Part shown: positions 41,201 through 54,230 of the stretch, one piece after another | Numbering within the stretch: the first letter of the stretch is position 1 | How the letters are laid out: every line of letters starts with the position of its first letter | Origin: Bugula neritina | Taxonomy: Eukaryota; Animalia; Bryozoa | Length of the DNA: 64,000 bases | Direction: 5' to 3' | NCBI GenBank assembly: GCA_964035545.1 | Contig: OZ037771.1 | Location: forward strand, 7,929,408 to 7,993,407 | The notes under the pieces: generated by a model | Told to the model about the DNA's origin: nothing | The model's input: only the letters and a program-made list of their open reading frames with translations | Database searches by the model: none | Made by a program: the position numbers and the translations under genes

Positions 41201-44200
41201 TCATGTTTGCTATCGAAACACTCCAATGTGAACAGATATTTTCAATGCTGCAACAAATTAGTGCATTGATTTTCATCATGCGTTGTTAGACAAGATATTA
41301 TGAGTAATGATGACTGACCGCTTTACGTCACAGGTAGCAGGCAATATATATTATTGAGTTGATAAGTGAATAATAAATGTATTTATATTCTCAATTATTT
41401 ATAGAACATTATACAACCCAATGAAATTCAAAGTAAATCATAATGTCATCCTAAAATACAAGGAATACATTTTACTGTACTCAACCCTGGCCAACCTCAC
41501 CCCAATAGCTACGTAACTTTGAGAGGTCACCATAACATGACCTTGACATCTGGCACGTACAGGTATCACTCAGCTAATATAGGAATTCTATAGCCATGAC
41601 AAACCTTAAACCCACCTGAATGAACAAACATAAACTACTAGCTTAATGCATATACAATCACACAGTAACACAGTAACACACTGCACTCCAATCAACTGAA
41701 CCTAACTTCAATCTCAATGATAACAAACTGCTGTAAAGCAAGAGCCAAGCAATCGGCTGTTACTGTTTTAATAGACAGAAATGTTTTAAAATATAACACC
41801 AATTAAAATCATGGGCCAAGTCACTGCTCTTCTAGAACCAAACGTAGTATGAAAGGTTTACGATAACCGTGACTCAAATGACTAGGTACTCAAATTATGT
41901 GTTACATGATAATTATAAGAACATTATTGGATTAAAGAGTTTTAATTATTTTGTAAATCAATTATACAGTTGTTATGAGAAATAATTTCCCTGTTTGACA
42001 CATAATCCATGGAAATTGGTAAGAATTTGGCAAATACACAACAAACAACCTGCAGACACTGGCAGGCAGTGTCAGGGCACAGATGCAGACTATCAGCAAA
42101 TCAGAAAAGATCATGATTAACCAGTAGGGGATTGTGAGCCATCAAAGGATTAGAGAAACAAACTGGGGCAAACAGGGAGACAGAGGATAGGAGAGGGGAA
42201 AGAAGAAGAGCAGAGAAGAGGCAGGGAGAGAAGACAAGGGGAGGGAAGAGGGAGAGAGGAAGAATGCTGTGGGAGAATAAAGTTTCCAACTGTATTTCAA
42301 AGAAACATAGGTTGGATTTTCATTGGTTACTTCAATGCCTGTTGTATTTTTATTGACTGTTGTTTTGCATATTGTATTTTCATTGGTTATAAATTTATTC
42401 CCCCCACAGCAATTGATAACAGGGTTGGGATAAAAAGAAGCATTCCTTCATATTAGATGCTTCCTTGTGACAAAGGAAAGTTCTAAAGACAAAGAACATG
42501 CCACGTTGATGTCATGCAGTGAGATAACACAAAATAAAGCAAATACCCAACATAATAAAGAGGCACAATAAAAATACCACACAAAATGGAATTCCCTAGC
42601 ATGGAATGCCTCAGCAAGTGTGATAAGGTAGTGCTGAGTCTTGTTACAGTATGCCATGTGCATGTTAGATCACACAGTAGGTGAGTCAAGGGGTAGGTTA
42701 ATTTGTAGGCCTACAGCTCACTATAACATACTAAATATTACTGCACTAACCAGCTACTCAACATAATAGAGTGGAGTACAAATTCAGCTCAATTGTTCAA
42801 AAATATTTTAGTTTTTTCGATTCTCTTTATTTTGCCTAAGTTGACAATTTAGTTTGAAATCAAAGTCAATTCACAAAGATAGCTGCATTAACACTTATCA
42901 TATTGATGAACTTAATTCAAATAAAATACTTTAAATGACGTCTACTTTACAATTCCAATATATACATATGTTTTTATATTACTTAGAGATGCACAAAACA
43001 CTGAAACATAGATAATTAATCTCCAATATATGCATGTATTACTCAAACTTATTTTACTTGGACCAACAGATATGCAGTTAGCCTTATGACTCAGTCAACT
43101 GCTACAGTAAGTAGTTGTCTTTCCATTTTAACTAATAAGCAGTAGAAGACAACTAATAAACCTATTAAAATATTATGCTTTCTTACATTTTAATAGAGTA
43201 ATAGTTGTCATCTGATTAAATCAGGAGAGTTACAAAATTAAGACAATAAGTTTTAAATAACCTTTTCTCAACACATAACTTGATCAACTCTTCACACTTA
43301 ACTCTTTCCTTGCCTGTGCAAAATGCTGACTGACCTACCTTTGTGGTGTTGAAATTGTCCACAGCTAGAATGGTGCTCCTCTGGTCTTCATAGCAGATGA
43401 ATGCGTAACCTTTGGTTTTTCCAGTCTTTTTATCCCTCACCATGTTTATATTTACAATTTCCCCATATCTAACCAGACAACATATATAATACTACACCCT
43501 CAGGCTAACATGACAGCATACCAACACCAACTACAAATGTACTTTGCTATCAAGAGTTAGAACAGATAATTGAAATCTATAACTAAATGCTGAGTAATAA
43601 GACAGTAAGAACTTCTCATTGCTTAGCATCGGCTAGCCATTGTCATTTAAATCAAACGTTGAATATAAGATTAATTAAAAGCTATGATTTTAAGAAAGTA
43701 ATCTATAGTAAGTAATTGATCATACTGTGAGAAGATACATATCACGTCCCCCTCCGTTAGGTCGAAGGGAAGCCCTCCTACAAAGATCCACGCACTGTCT
43801 TTGTACAGGTTATGCCACGAGTTCTTCGTACCAGCAGTCCCCAACTCAATTTCTCTTTCACTGAGCTTCTTCAGATTTTCTGCATTGCTAAGAATATAAT
43901 AGGTTACTCAGACTGAACATGAGTATGTTTATACTACAGACAGTTATATACATATTGGTAACTAAACTAACTATATCATTATTAGTACATACAGTATTAC
44001 TATATTATACAGTATTACTATATACATTATTACTATACACGGTATTACTGTACACAGTAGTACTATATACAGTATTACTATATACAGTATTACTATACAC
44101 AGTATTACTATATACTGTATTACTGTACACAGTATTACTATATACATTATTACTATACACATTATTACTATATACAGTATTACTATATACGGTATTACTA

Positions 44201-46678
44201 TATACAGTATTACTATATACAGTATTATTTCATAGATTTAAACATGAACATATTCAAATACTAGAAGCTATTTTATAAAGTTCTTTCTAATTGGTCTTCA
44301 GCCTAAATGCCAAAAGAGAAGATAATTTCCAGTTACAAATATGCACTAGTGAGCTTAGTTCAGTTTAGTTCTTTTGATTTAGTTTAATTAAAACTAATGA
44401 CAACACACTGAAACGATAGTCACACTTTTATGCAGCATGAGATGTCTTGAAAATATGGCACCTTAGTGATAAAAAATGAGAGACTGCGACATAGAATGAA
44501 ATTTCGTTAGCACACCTCTAATTACAAACCAAAGCTGACCAAAATGAGAAATTTAACTATATTTGATAAAATTAGCCTTAATTTTACATAACAAAGTAAA
44601 TTATCTTATTCTTTCACAACAATTTCTCACAAATTTTCACACTTGATTACTATTTAGTTTTCCTAGCATACAACTTAAAACACATTGCAACTTTTGGGAG
44701 GCATAGGCACTTGCTATCAGATCTAGATATTGAGGTAAGGGATGCTGACTCTTTAGTAATAACTCGCCCTTTTGACTTTCAGATAGTCAAGCAAGGTCTT
44801 TCCTCAACAATGAATGATCTGTGGTGCTTAAATTAGTGCTGGAAATAACCTTTCTTTGCTAAATATCGAGTTGGGAACATAGAAAAAGGTGTTGACACTC
44901 AATATTATTTATCAAATTGCTGTTGGTGATTAGGATAATAAATGGCCGTCTTCAACAGGTAAATTAAAATGATAGGATATACTTTTAGTAATGCCTAGAA
45001 GTTGTTTATATGTATTGTTGACTGTTAAATGAGTAAATCTCCAAATCCCACCAATTATAATTTCTAGATTTGAAACTCAGTTCTAACCTACCATTGACTT
45101 TAAAATGGCTAACTGCACTTAGCTATCTATGTCCTCGATATTTGATGAATACATCAGATTCTGCAAAAAAATATTTACCATGGTTTAATAGACCCTTTCC
45201 CTATGTTGCCCCAAACTAAATTCATATTAAAAGTTGTATCCATTATGCTGGTATATCCTGTGAACTCATTGTCAAGAACAGTTTGATAAATATTTTTAGA
45301 GTTTGGTTGTGACATAAAATCCAAACTATGTTATTGAAGTCCTCCAGGAGATAGATATTGATGTATATTGAAATAGTGGCACACATGTTCGAAGTTTCAT
45401 AAATTTAGAAACATTTCCATGATTATTTCTTTATTATGCAATGCTGCAGTGGAAGCTAGGATCTAACAATTTATATACTGCTTATGTTGGCTGTCACCAC
45501 TTTGGCTATTAAGGTTGCAAAAATTACACTACAGAGAAAAGTAAGCAGCCCACCTGTATATAGGTTAATGCCTAGCATTGCCACCTTAGCTGGGCATGTA
45601 TGTGAAGTGCAATGCAATGCCTCAGTTGCATTACCATGTTCCAATAACTATACTTGAAAAGTTTTGGCTATGTATTTCTACTAGACAGCTTTTATTTATG
45701 ATAACAGTAACAATTATTTAATTATAACACTGATACTAATATTCAAAGCAATAGTTGAATTATTACGATCAGTAACAATAAATACAAATACCTATTCAAC
45801 TCTAAAAACTATCTAAAATTTATTTAATTTTATAGGCTACCTTGACTGCTAATTCCATGCTAAATATTGTTATTTAAATATTTTTTGTAGTCTGCAAATA
45901 ATATGTTGTGGCTCATCTAAAAGGATACTTTCTACAACTGCTAGGACTATACTTATACTACTTATACTTAAAAAATAAAAGTTATACATATAGCTATAGT
46001 CATGCTGATACTAATACTGTAATACTCATAGTGTAAGTGATAGTGTTAGTAAGTGATACTGACAGACATAGCGGTAGTCCTACAGGCATAGCTATTGATT
46101 CTCATAGGATATAAAGTTAAACCATCACCATTATTCATGACCACAGGCTTGAGGCATCTGCATAGTGATAGTCATATACCCAGAGTCTGATAGTCATACT
46201 GATACTGATATGATAGTCATAATGACAGTGATATTCACCACTGATCACTCAGTCTCATAGTCATGGTGATACTGATAGTCCTGCTGTTAATGATACTCAT
46301 AGTGATAGTCATATGACTCAGAACTGTGACATATTATTATGATTATCTAACAGTAGCAATAACATAGAGTTAGACCAAAGTCAGTGTCACTTGGGAGACT
46401 TATGAGTCATAGTCATATCATATTCATTGTCTCATAGTCATACTCATACTCATAGTGTTAGTGACACTCATAATCATAGTGATAGTCGCGTTTATACTGA
46501 CAATTTAAGTTTAGATTATTGCCATTATGATTCACTTAATGATTCAGATTGGCATTATCATTCTGATTCAAATTCAATTCACAATCACAATGACAATGTC
46601 AATTGTCAAACTCAAACTCAAAGTCAATGTCTAACTATGTTACTTTGATAGTGATAGTACATACGTCAACGAGTTCAT
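29298..46678 (-). CDS. RBMX2: RNA-binding motif protein X-linked 2 (Snu17/Ist3 ortholog, RES complex), 296 aa; exons 46678-46665, 43887-43726, 43468-43339, 38344-38176, 35773-35676, 33983-33878, 30263-30154, 29399-29298
   Basis: MNSLT|[99 protein letters not shown] is the diagnostic RBMX2 RRM. It is followed by a Lys-rich exon and an RS-rich C-terminus (RRRSRSRSPARKK*). 891 nt, all GT-AG, phases 2,2,0,1,0,1,0. Exons 5-7 are low complexity and less certain than the RRM exons. Confidence 0.93.
29430..29660. repeat. Degenerate (CAGTA/CACTA)n repeat in the last coding intron of RBMX2
   Basis: Direct reading. Confidence 0.9.
31255..31447. repeat. Degenerate (CACTA/TACTA)n pentamer repeat
   Basis: Direct reading. 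Confidence 0.85.
36538..36680. repeat. Degenerate ATGTATATACAGAGT-type tandem repeat
   Basis: Direct reading. Confidence 0.75.
37838..37980. repeat. 10-bp tandem repeat (GTGAGTAATA/CTGAGTGGTA); related decayed array at ~37300-37420
   Basis: Direct reading. Confidence 0.85.
38361..38480. repeat. 20-bp tandem repeat x6 (TACTTACAGTGAAAGGGGTG)
   Basis: Direct reading; lies 17 nt upstream of the RBMX2 exon 4 acceptor. Confidence 0.92.
39407..39540. repeat. 36-bp tandem repeat, ~3.7 copies
   Basis: TAACTTACTATAACTATGTAATATGTAGATAGAATA units. Confidence 0.9.
40906..40993 (+). mobile_element. 5'-truncated SINE copy
   Basis: AATAAGTCCTTAGCC..TTCCATTAGGGGTTCTCACAGGGATAGTG..ATAAACTTGTGTGAGTTT equals the 3' half of the family. 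Confidence 0.8.
43988..44228. repeat. 15-bp minisatellite (ACAGTATTACTATAT), ~16 copies
   Basis: Direct reading; explains the YTVLL ORF. Confidence 0.93.
45995..46660. repeat. Degenerate hexamer array (CATAGT/GATAGT/CATACT) at the start of RBMX2 intron 1
   Basis: 6-nt periodicity running up to the exon 1 donor. Confidence 0.7.
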
Positions 46679-47048
46679 CTTATCTTTTCTTGTTAACTAT
46701 ATGCTTCTTATTTGGGTTTTAAACGTATTTTTATTCAATGTAAAATGTATACATAAAGATAAGAAACCATAAAAACGTTTGTCATTGTCACTGTGACTGC
46801 GATCTTCTAATTACCAAAGACGAGAGCTTAAGACAGCCTTGACATTACACCAAAAATCAAGTGTAGTTTTGAGAACACAACTCTTATTTTGATTTGCAAA
46901 AACTAGGACATCCTTACTGAAATACATGTATAATATAGTTTATTGAATGTGTTGCATTAGTTAGACTTCATATGTTATAGACATATATAATATAGGTAAT
47001 ATAACAAATTTTATACATAACATAGTAGTTAACTCTGTAAACTATTTG

Positions 47049-47122
47049 CCCCTACTGGGATTCTAACCGCAGGTGCTCTGGCTGAAACTAAGCTGCAGCA
47101 ATAACCATTACACCACAGAGGC
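47049..47122 (-). mobile_element. tRNA-like SINE head or tRNA pseudogene
   Basis: Minus strand GTGGTGTAATGGTTA..GCTGCAGCTTAGTT..GGTTAGAATCCC (A/B-box-like); shares CTGCAGCTTAGTT with the 8173-8266 fragment. Confidence 0.45.
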
Positions 47123-47444
47123 TATGGTTACATCTATGGGGATAGGTCAAGCTGCAGCCCATATTGCAAAGCTCACAGCTTCTAGAATTATTTGAGTTCT
47201 TTGGCTTGAGCTGACAAACCTCTTGAATATGCTTTAGTAGAAACACAAGTTATTTTTATTTTCAATGCATAGAACATATTACTCTGTTCTGTGCTGAAAC
47301 ACCCTGAAACAGCCGCTTGCATGTACACATATTAGTCCTGCATAATATTTTAGTGAATAACTTTTTATTCAAACTTTTATTTACTGCTTAATACATATAT
47401 TTTACTGTAATTTTTTTTCTATTCAAACTCACTTTCTGTTAATT

Positions 47445-47487
47445 AATATAGTATATATATGTATATATATGTATATATATATAATAT

Positions 47488-47534
<47 letters not shown>

Positions 47535-47575
47535 TATATATATATAATATATATATATATAATATATATTGTATA
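47445..47575. repeat. (TA)n microsatellite
   Basis: Direct reading. Confidence 0.95.
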
Positions 47576-48165
47576 TTTTCACCTTTCGACCAACTTCAAA
47601 ACTGCCATGCATTGAGGTAGGAAATAGTTGTAAAACAATATAATTTAAGCTAATATAATAAAAAATAATTAACCAATATTGTTGTACACAATCAGGATAG
47701 AGCTGAAACTTTTATAACATAGGGTACAGCAATACTCAATAATAATAATAATAATAAATAATAACAAGTTTGCAATAATCAGAATGTTCTCTTATTTGCG
47801 TAGTAATGAAACAGTATATTAAAAACAACAATATAGTTATCTACTCATTGCTGCAATAACACCGGACATACATACAAATCAAATCACTAAATAATAGTTA
47901 TGATATTACGATATATGTAAGCTTAATATATGATCAAATTGCAGCAATAACTGCTACAGGTGAAAATTTATAAACACTAGTAGCAGGTTGTGGCATGCCT
48001 GATCTTCTTGAAACACCAGTTACTCATTAATTGCACTTGCCAGGGTGACAAAAGAATTTTCCGAAATTTGACTCTAGTTATTAGGGACTCCCTTTTGACA
48101 CTACCATAGTCCATGAGATGACACTAGTGTTCAAGTGCTTGCAAGTGACAGACCATCAAATAATA

Positions 48166-51100
48166 CTAATGCTCAGGCATTCCGTTAGATTGTATATTTA
48201 ATGCTGGCATCGTGTCAGTTTGAGTGTTTGAATCAAGAAGAGCTCCGTGAGCTTCAAACCACACATTGCACTTGTTAATAGAGTTTATTCTCGCAATCTC
48301 AGCAATAGCTTGCTCATCCACGTCCGTCTCCGCAGCAGCTGCTGGTGCAGGCATGTCTGCATTCACTATCTCCACTATCTCCATTGCATTGTCCATCTTT
48401 CCTCCTCCTGTGTGTACAAGCAATACAAATTGTATTAGTTTCTATTCGACTTATTTTTGTTTGTCTTAATTGCCAGATTGTCAGCAAAGAATAATGGACT
48501 TAAAACTATCAACTATAATAGTGCGTAGAGGGTAGAGCTCCTGTGACAAGAAGGCAATAAAACAATATGTGAGTATAAATGCTGTTTTTAGTTGAACTTA
48601 CAATTCACAATCATGAGATTAATCGAGGACTATATATAATAACAAGTCAAGTTCTACAAACATGGTATTTTTAAGCTAGCACTAAAAATTAATTTTGACA
48701 AAATTGTATGCTTGCTCTCTATTTACCTACCTAATACAAATTTAGTCTGATTTTCTTGACCCTCCCATGTAGCGGGGTCTGTAATGTCGCCTTCCAACTT
48801 CTGGCCAACTCCTAGTTTCTCATACACATTAGATAGTTTGACTGTGCACACATGTTCAGCTGTTTTTACTCTGAAAAACATGTTATTATATATTAGAATA
48901 CTAGTGATAGGTGTATACTTCTGTATTAACATCATTATATGAATGGCGCTCTTTTCATTCATTGCACTACATTAGAGAGTATACAACTCTCAGTGCTTGC
49001 ATATTCTGATATTTTAGGTAAATTCAGAGATAGCTCTTCCATTACACACTAGTTTTACACTAGATATACGGAATATAGCCACATAATGTCTGCAAAATTG
49101 AAATGTAAAAGCATTTGCCAATATTTACAAAACTTCTTTTGCTAATTTGGCAAGAATTGAGCGTACAAAAAATTATATAAATATTCTTTCAACATCATGA
49201 TTATGTTTTACATATAGTGTATGCATGGGAGACTACAGCTAGTAGTAAATACCTGCTTTTAGCCGCACCCTTTGACAGTTTATTCTTGTTTGGTTTAGTT
49301 GATTTTGGCTCTGTTGTAGAGTATTGCTGGGTTTTACTTGTTGGATCTGTTAGTTGCTTCATGGCCATGGCTGCCTCTGTGACAAAATAAAGGTTGAAAT
49401 GTGAAGGATTGGTGTGATAGAGTAAATCATATAATGTTATATAATGTTAATAAGTGTACTCCAACTTGATATATTATAAGAATTATTGCAATATAGAATA
49501 AGTATTATATATTGTGGAATATAATGCATAGTATAACATGAGATAGAACATTCACAAGAGTTTAATGATGCAAGCTAGGAGATGCAATGTTCTACCATAG
49601 CAAACTACGATAAAATGTACTGTCCTAGTTTGTTGATTTTTTCTACCCTACACTATCCTAACCTATCTGATACTATACTATTTTATACTATCTTATAGCA
49701 CCCTAACCTACACTACACTACGCTACACTACACTGCGCTACACTGCACTGCACTGCCCTGCACTGCACTGCACTGCACTGCACTGCACTGCACTGCACTG
49801 CACTGCACTGCACTGCACTGCACTGCACTGCACTGCACTGCACTGCACTGCACTGCACTGCACTGCACTGCACTGCACTGCACTGCACTGCACTGCACTG
49901 CACTGCACTGCACTGCACTGCACTGCACTGCACTGCACTGCACTGCACTGCACTGCACTGCACTGCACTGCACTGCACTGCACTGCACTGCACTGCACTA
50001 CACTATACTATAGGCTACTATACTATCCTGTATTACACATGACTGTGAAAAATGGTATTTTACACCATTTTCCACCATAGCATGGGTAAGAGCTAATCTA
50101 GTGTTATTCCAGTATTTGTAATAAGTGTCACACCAAGGACACAAGCACCTGATATAAACATTATAGGCAGGGTAAGCAGTGCTAGACCATTACAAGCTAC
50201 ATATATATGTTAACATAATCAGATCGGGTTCACAAGTTAATGCAATTGTTTCATTGAGCCTATTGTGTTACTATGTAATGGTGTTCATACAATTATATAA
50301 TCTATTGGAGGTAACATAAGTAAATTAAAACAATGTTGAGTTCTAATTTCAAAGAAATGTGCACTAGTGAACTGTAATTGACACCAGTACAGTGTTATAA
50401 TATAAAAATAGCAGCAATGTGAAACGTGATACACGTGATACAGCAGTAACTATTGGTATACAAGACCCCACTTAATGCAAACTCAAAATATAAGAATGCA
50501 TAACAAGTATACTTATAAATTGAAGTTAAATATGCAATAAACACCTTATATAATAATGTTTAATTTCCTTTATAATAGACACTTAATGCATCTTCCGGAT
50601 TTGTTAGGAGCGGACATATGGGAGGATGGGAGAGGGAGCAGATGGAAATTTATAAGGTGGGACAGAGAGGTTATAGTATACAATAGAGTTGGGATTCAAT
50701 TTTTTTCACATTAAAAATGAAATATAATCAAGAACTCCAGTCTATAGTTGCCTTTCCAGCAAGCAACCATGTTGCTTAGCATAAAACACGTACCAGTTGG
50801 CAATTGTAAAAAATTTAAATATGGTAGACATATTGAGTAAATTTAGCAGTATATTAGCTTTATATTGTATTCCGAACTGTTTATACGAGTTTTAGCATAA
50901 ATTTTGTGTAAATAAAATCTGATTTCATAATTTAATAAATTGTTTTATTCTATTTACTCAAATGCAGTCTTTGTGTTACATAAAATATATATTATATATG
51001 TTTAGGCCTGAGTAATATTTTTAAAAATATTTAAAATCCGACCAGGGATTATTAGGTTGCCAAATTTCTTTGCAGCTCACACACTAAGATAGCAATAAGA

Positions 51101-51945
51101 TATGAATTAGAGATGAAGTAAAAGAAGTGGTGGAGATGGTGAGAATAACCCCTACTCTGCTACCAATGAGGAGTGAGAACACATTCATTAAACCAATCCT
51201 AGAGAGGGTAGGTTGAGTAGTGAGATTAAGAACTTAATAAAACTCACCAGTGCCATTCACAGGCTAACATATATAACTCCAAGATGTGAATACTGCTATA
51301 TCTCAGTCAATTTATTGTCACTTAGGCATAAGCGTATGGCCACACGGGCATATTTTCGCAGACGGAAATTTGCACCACAAGTAGAAATGGTATTGTGTCA
51401 GTGAAAACGAAAAGCAACGAGCTAATAATATTTGCGTTTAACTTTACTGCCGCCTTTTTTCTATGGCTACATCCGCGAGATAAATCAAATTTTCATTTTT
51501 AAATCTCACTTGCTCTCAATAAAACGCAATTTAGTGGAATGTAGCACTAAAAATTAAAAATAACTACCAGTCACGGAAATATTTGCACTTGTTGATCAGC
51601 ATTCTTAATTCGTGAAACGGTGGGCACCTTTTTCTACTTGTGGTGTGAATTTTCGTCTGCGATAATACGCCTGTGTGACCCTATGCTAATGCTATTCTGT
51701 TGCACTGACTTTGCACACATATCCACAGATCATGATTGAAATTGCTAAGAGCAGCATGTAATATGTTGTATAATATCGTGTCCTGTATGTTAATAGTAAT
51801 AGTACCTACCTTTAGACATGGAAGATATAGTTATAGATCTCTTCTGTTTGTTTGCAGATATTTGGATTCCAGAAGGCTGTTGCAGAGAATTACTGTAGAA
51901 ACCATTTTGAGTAAATAAGGGCTGTCTGGAGTCTGTTTTTGCCAT
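48166..51945 (-). CDS. Uncharacterized protein, 213 aa; exons 51945-51810, 49376-49253, 48870-48731, 48407-48166 (probable 5'UTR exon ending at 52084)
   Basis: Four segments (136+124+140+242=642 nt) with canonical splice sites and matching phases 1,2,1 give MAKTDSRQPLFTQNG...EIARINSINKCNVWFEAH...MPEH*. No domain recognised; the start codon is inferred. Confidence 0.72.
49706..50010. repeat. (CACTG)n pentanucleotide repeat, ~50 near-perfect copies with CACTA flanks
   Basis: Direct reading; explains the AVQCS ORFs. Confidence 0.97.
51332..51686. mobile_element. PIF/Harbinger (Tourist-like) MITE
   Basis: About 55-60 bp imperfect terminal inverted repeats (GCGTATGGCCACACGGGCATATTTTCGCAGACGGAAATT.. 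/ ..AATTTTCGTCTGCGATAATACGCCTGTGTGACCCTATGC), TAA on both sides, no coding capacity. Confidence 0.8.
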
Positions 51946-52865
51946 CTAAGAGTCCCTCACCATCTAACATGCACCTAAAGTTTTCAATTAACAGACAAAT
52001 GATAACCACTGCAACAGGAAATATCTGGTAAAATCTCAGACATATCATTTGAAAGTAATATATAAGACTGTATAATTTCTTACCAATTCACTGACAGTCT
52101 CTGTTACATCGAATTTATGATGTGGGTGGAGAAGGTGTGTGAACTAATAGTCAAGTATGCACCCAAACAGATCAGAAACAGCTGACTAACCTTACATACT
52201 TACATTAATATTAGCCTGATCACTCCATAGACTGAGAGCCGACTTTACCTACACATAACCTTACAAAGGCAGACCCTTCACGCTACCCTGATGAATATTG
52301 GCTGGTGCTAGAACAGCTATTGTATATAATATACAAATGAAACTAGAATTTTCTATGCTAAACCATTGTTTATGATTTGCTTAAAATAATAGTTTATTAT
52401 AAGCTGTAATGTGATTACGCCTATTGAAAGTTATGTAAAATAAAATCATTATTGTTATTTAGAAAACCCATTTTTTCTTTAACTTTGAACAGCACTGAGG
52501 GGGTTTATTCACTTTCCACTCATTGGAGCTAAATTATTTTTTTGTCAAGTGTTTCAAATTAAGGACAATCTATACATTCCTCTAAATGAACAGCATTCTG
52601 TGAACTAAAAGTCATCACGCTGCCTAGCCATGCAATCTCACACTGCAAGTCCAACAGCTATTGTGACACCCATTTACTCGTATATATATACAGCAGCTTC
52701 TAGGGGGTCAAACAGATATTTGGCCTTGACATGTAGCAAGCCAAGCTGTGACAGAACTTTTAGTTACTGATGTTTTGTGGTTGCATTTGTAATTTGTAAT
52801 TTGTATTTTGTATTTACCATTTTTAATCACAAGTATGCAAGAATACAATATAATAGCCACTATAT

Positions 52866-53082
52866 TGGTCTAGGCCCTAGGGGTTAGAGCGTTTGCCTAG
52901 TAAACAGAAGTCATGGGTTTGAGCCTGACAAAGACCATTGGTGATGTTAGGAAGAGCATCCAGTCATAATTGCTCCTGTGCCTCGTCTTAATAAGTCCTT
53001 AGCCCGTTCTAACAAAAACCCCTTCCATCAGGGGTTTTCTCACAGGAATAGCGACTATAAACTTGTGTGAGTGAGTTTTTAT
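52866..53082 (+). mobile_element. tRNA-derived SINE, near full-length copy
   Basis: CTAGGGGTTAGAGCGTTTGCCTAGTAAAC..CCATTGGTGATGTTAGGAAGAGCATCCAGTCATAATTGCTCCTGTGC..CTATAAACTTGTGTGAGT; same family as 26970-27190. Confidence 0.88.
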
Positions 53083-53342
53083 AATGTTGATAATAAAACA
53101 ACAAAAACTTCTATAAAGGACATCAATGCCAGTTACTTGTTGAATTAAGCTGCAATTAGTAACATATAGAGTAACCTTTTGTCATCTCCATATTTATCAG
53201 CGAAAAGTTAGCTAATTAGTAATTTTAGAGAAAGATGAAATATACCAGCAAATTTTAAACTTGAAACTTAAATTAGCCAAATTTTATATTACGCTATATT
53301 ACATTATATTATATTGCAATAAATAACATTGCGTTACAGTAT

Positions 53343-53493
53343 CACTGTGTTTCCATTGCTTAGCATTATGCAAATGGACTTTTCACTGATGTTTGCAAAC
53401 AGTTGCATCGAATGAAACCACAACCATGGGTTCGTGCAAACCAAAACCACAAATCTACCAGCATGGATCCATTTGAAGCAATGGAAATGGAGT
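53343..53493. mobile_element. ~150-bp MITE, copy 1
   Basis: TIRs CACTGTGTTTCCATTGCTT / AAGCAATGGAAA; interior is reverse-complement similar to 59398-59543. Confidence 0.7.
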
Positions 53494-54230
53494 CAATATA
53501 GTATATAATATTATATTACATGTAGTTTATTATGTCCTCATATTGCTATTTTACATCCTATCCACAGCTCAACACAGTGAAAATACCAGGCCTTCTGTAC
53601 CAGAGAATATTTACATTAAATAAATACTTCTGCCAGAGTGAACTAGTTGGGTGTTATGTTGTTGCACCACCAAAACGGATAAAGTGGAGGTGAAGCTAGT
53701 AAGTAGAGGTCAGCTAATGTCAACATCCACTAACTGAGCTAATGCCCTGATAACAGCAATTACTAGACAAGCAGCAACTATTATTATATGTCACACTGTA
53801 GTAGTCTCATTGTCACGGAGTCACATAGCTGTACAGTCACACATACTCTAAACTTAAAAGAATATTGACTAAGGAATAATCTTCACCTTGTCTTCTAAAT
53901 AAACAATGAAATTTATATAAGCATAATATATCCAGGAATTTATTTATACTGAGACTGTTATCATAAATAATATATTTCCAAGTCAAATGCAAAAAAGGTT
54001 CAATTCTCAAAATACAGATCTGCTGTGTAATTATTTAACATATAGTAGTATTAATATGAGCTTTGATATTATAAGTTACCCAACTGTACATGAGTTCTTG
54101 ACGTCTATCCGTGATGTCATCAGACAACAAGGACCTGGTATGATAGAGGACTTGTAGAATAGATGCCTATACTGAACTATGTTCATCAAACACTTTGGTA
54201 ATATACATCTGCACTTTATTCTTCACCTCT

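Noticed and set aside
49718-49998. (AVQCS)n ORFs in three frames
   Set aside because: Pentanucleotide repeat inside an intron.
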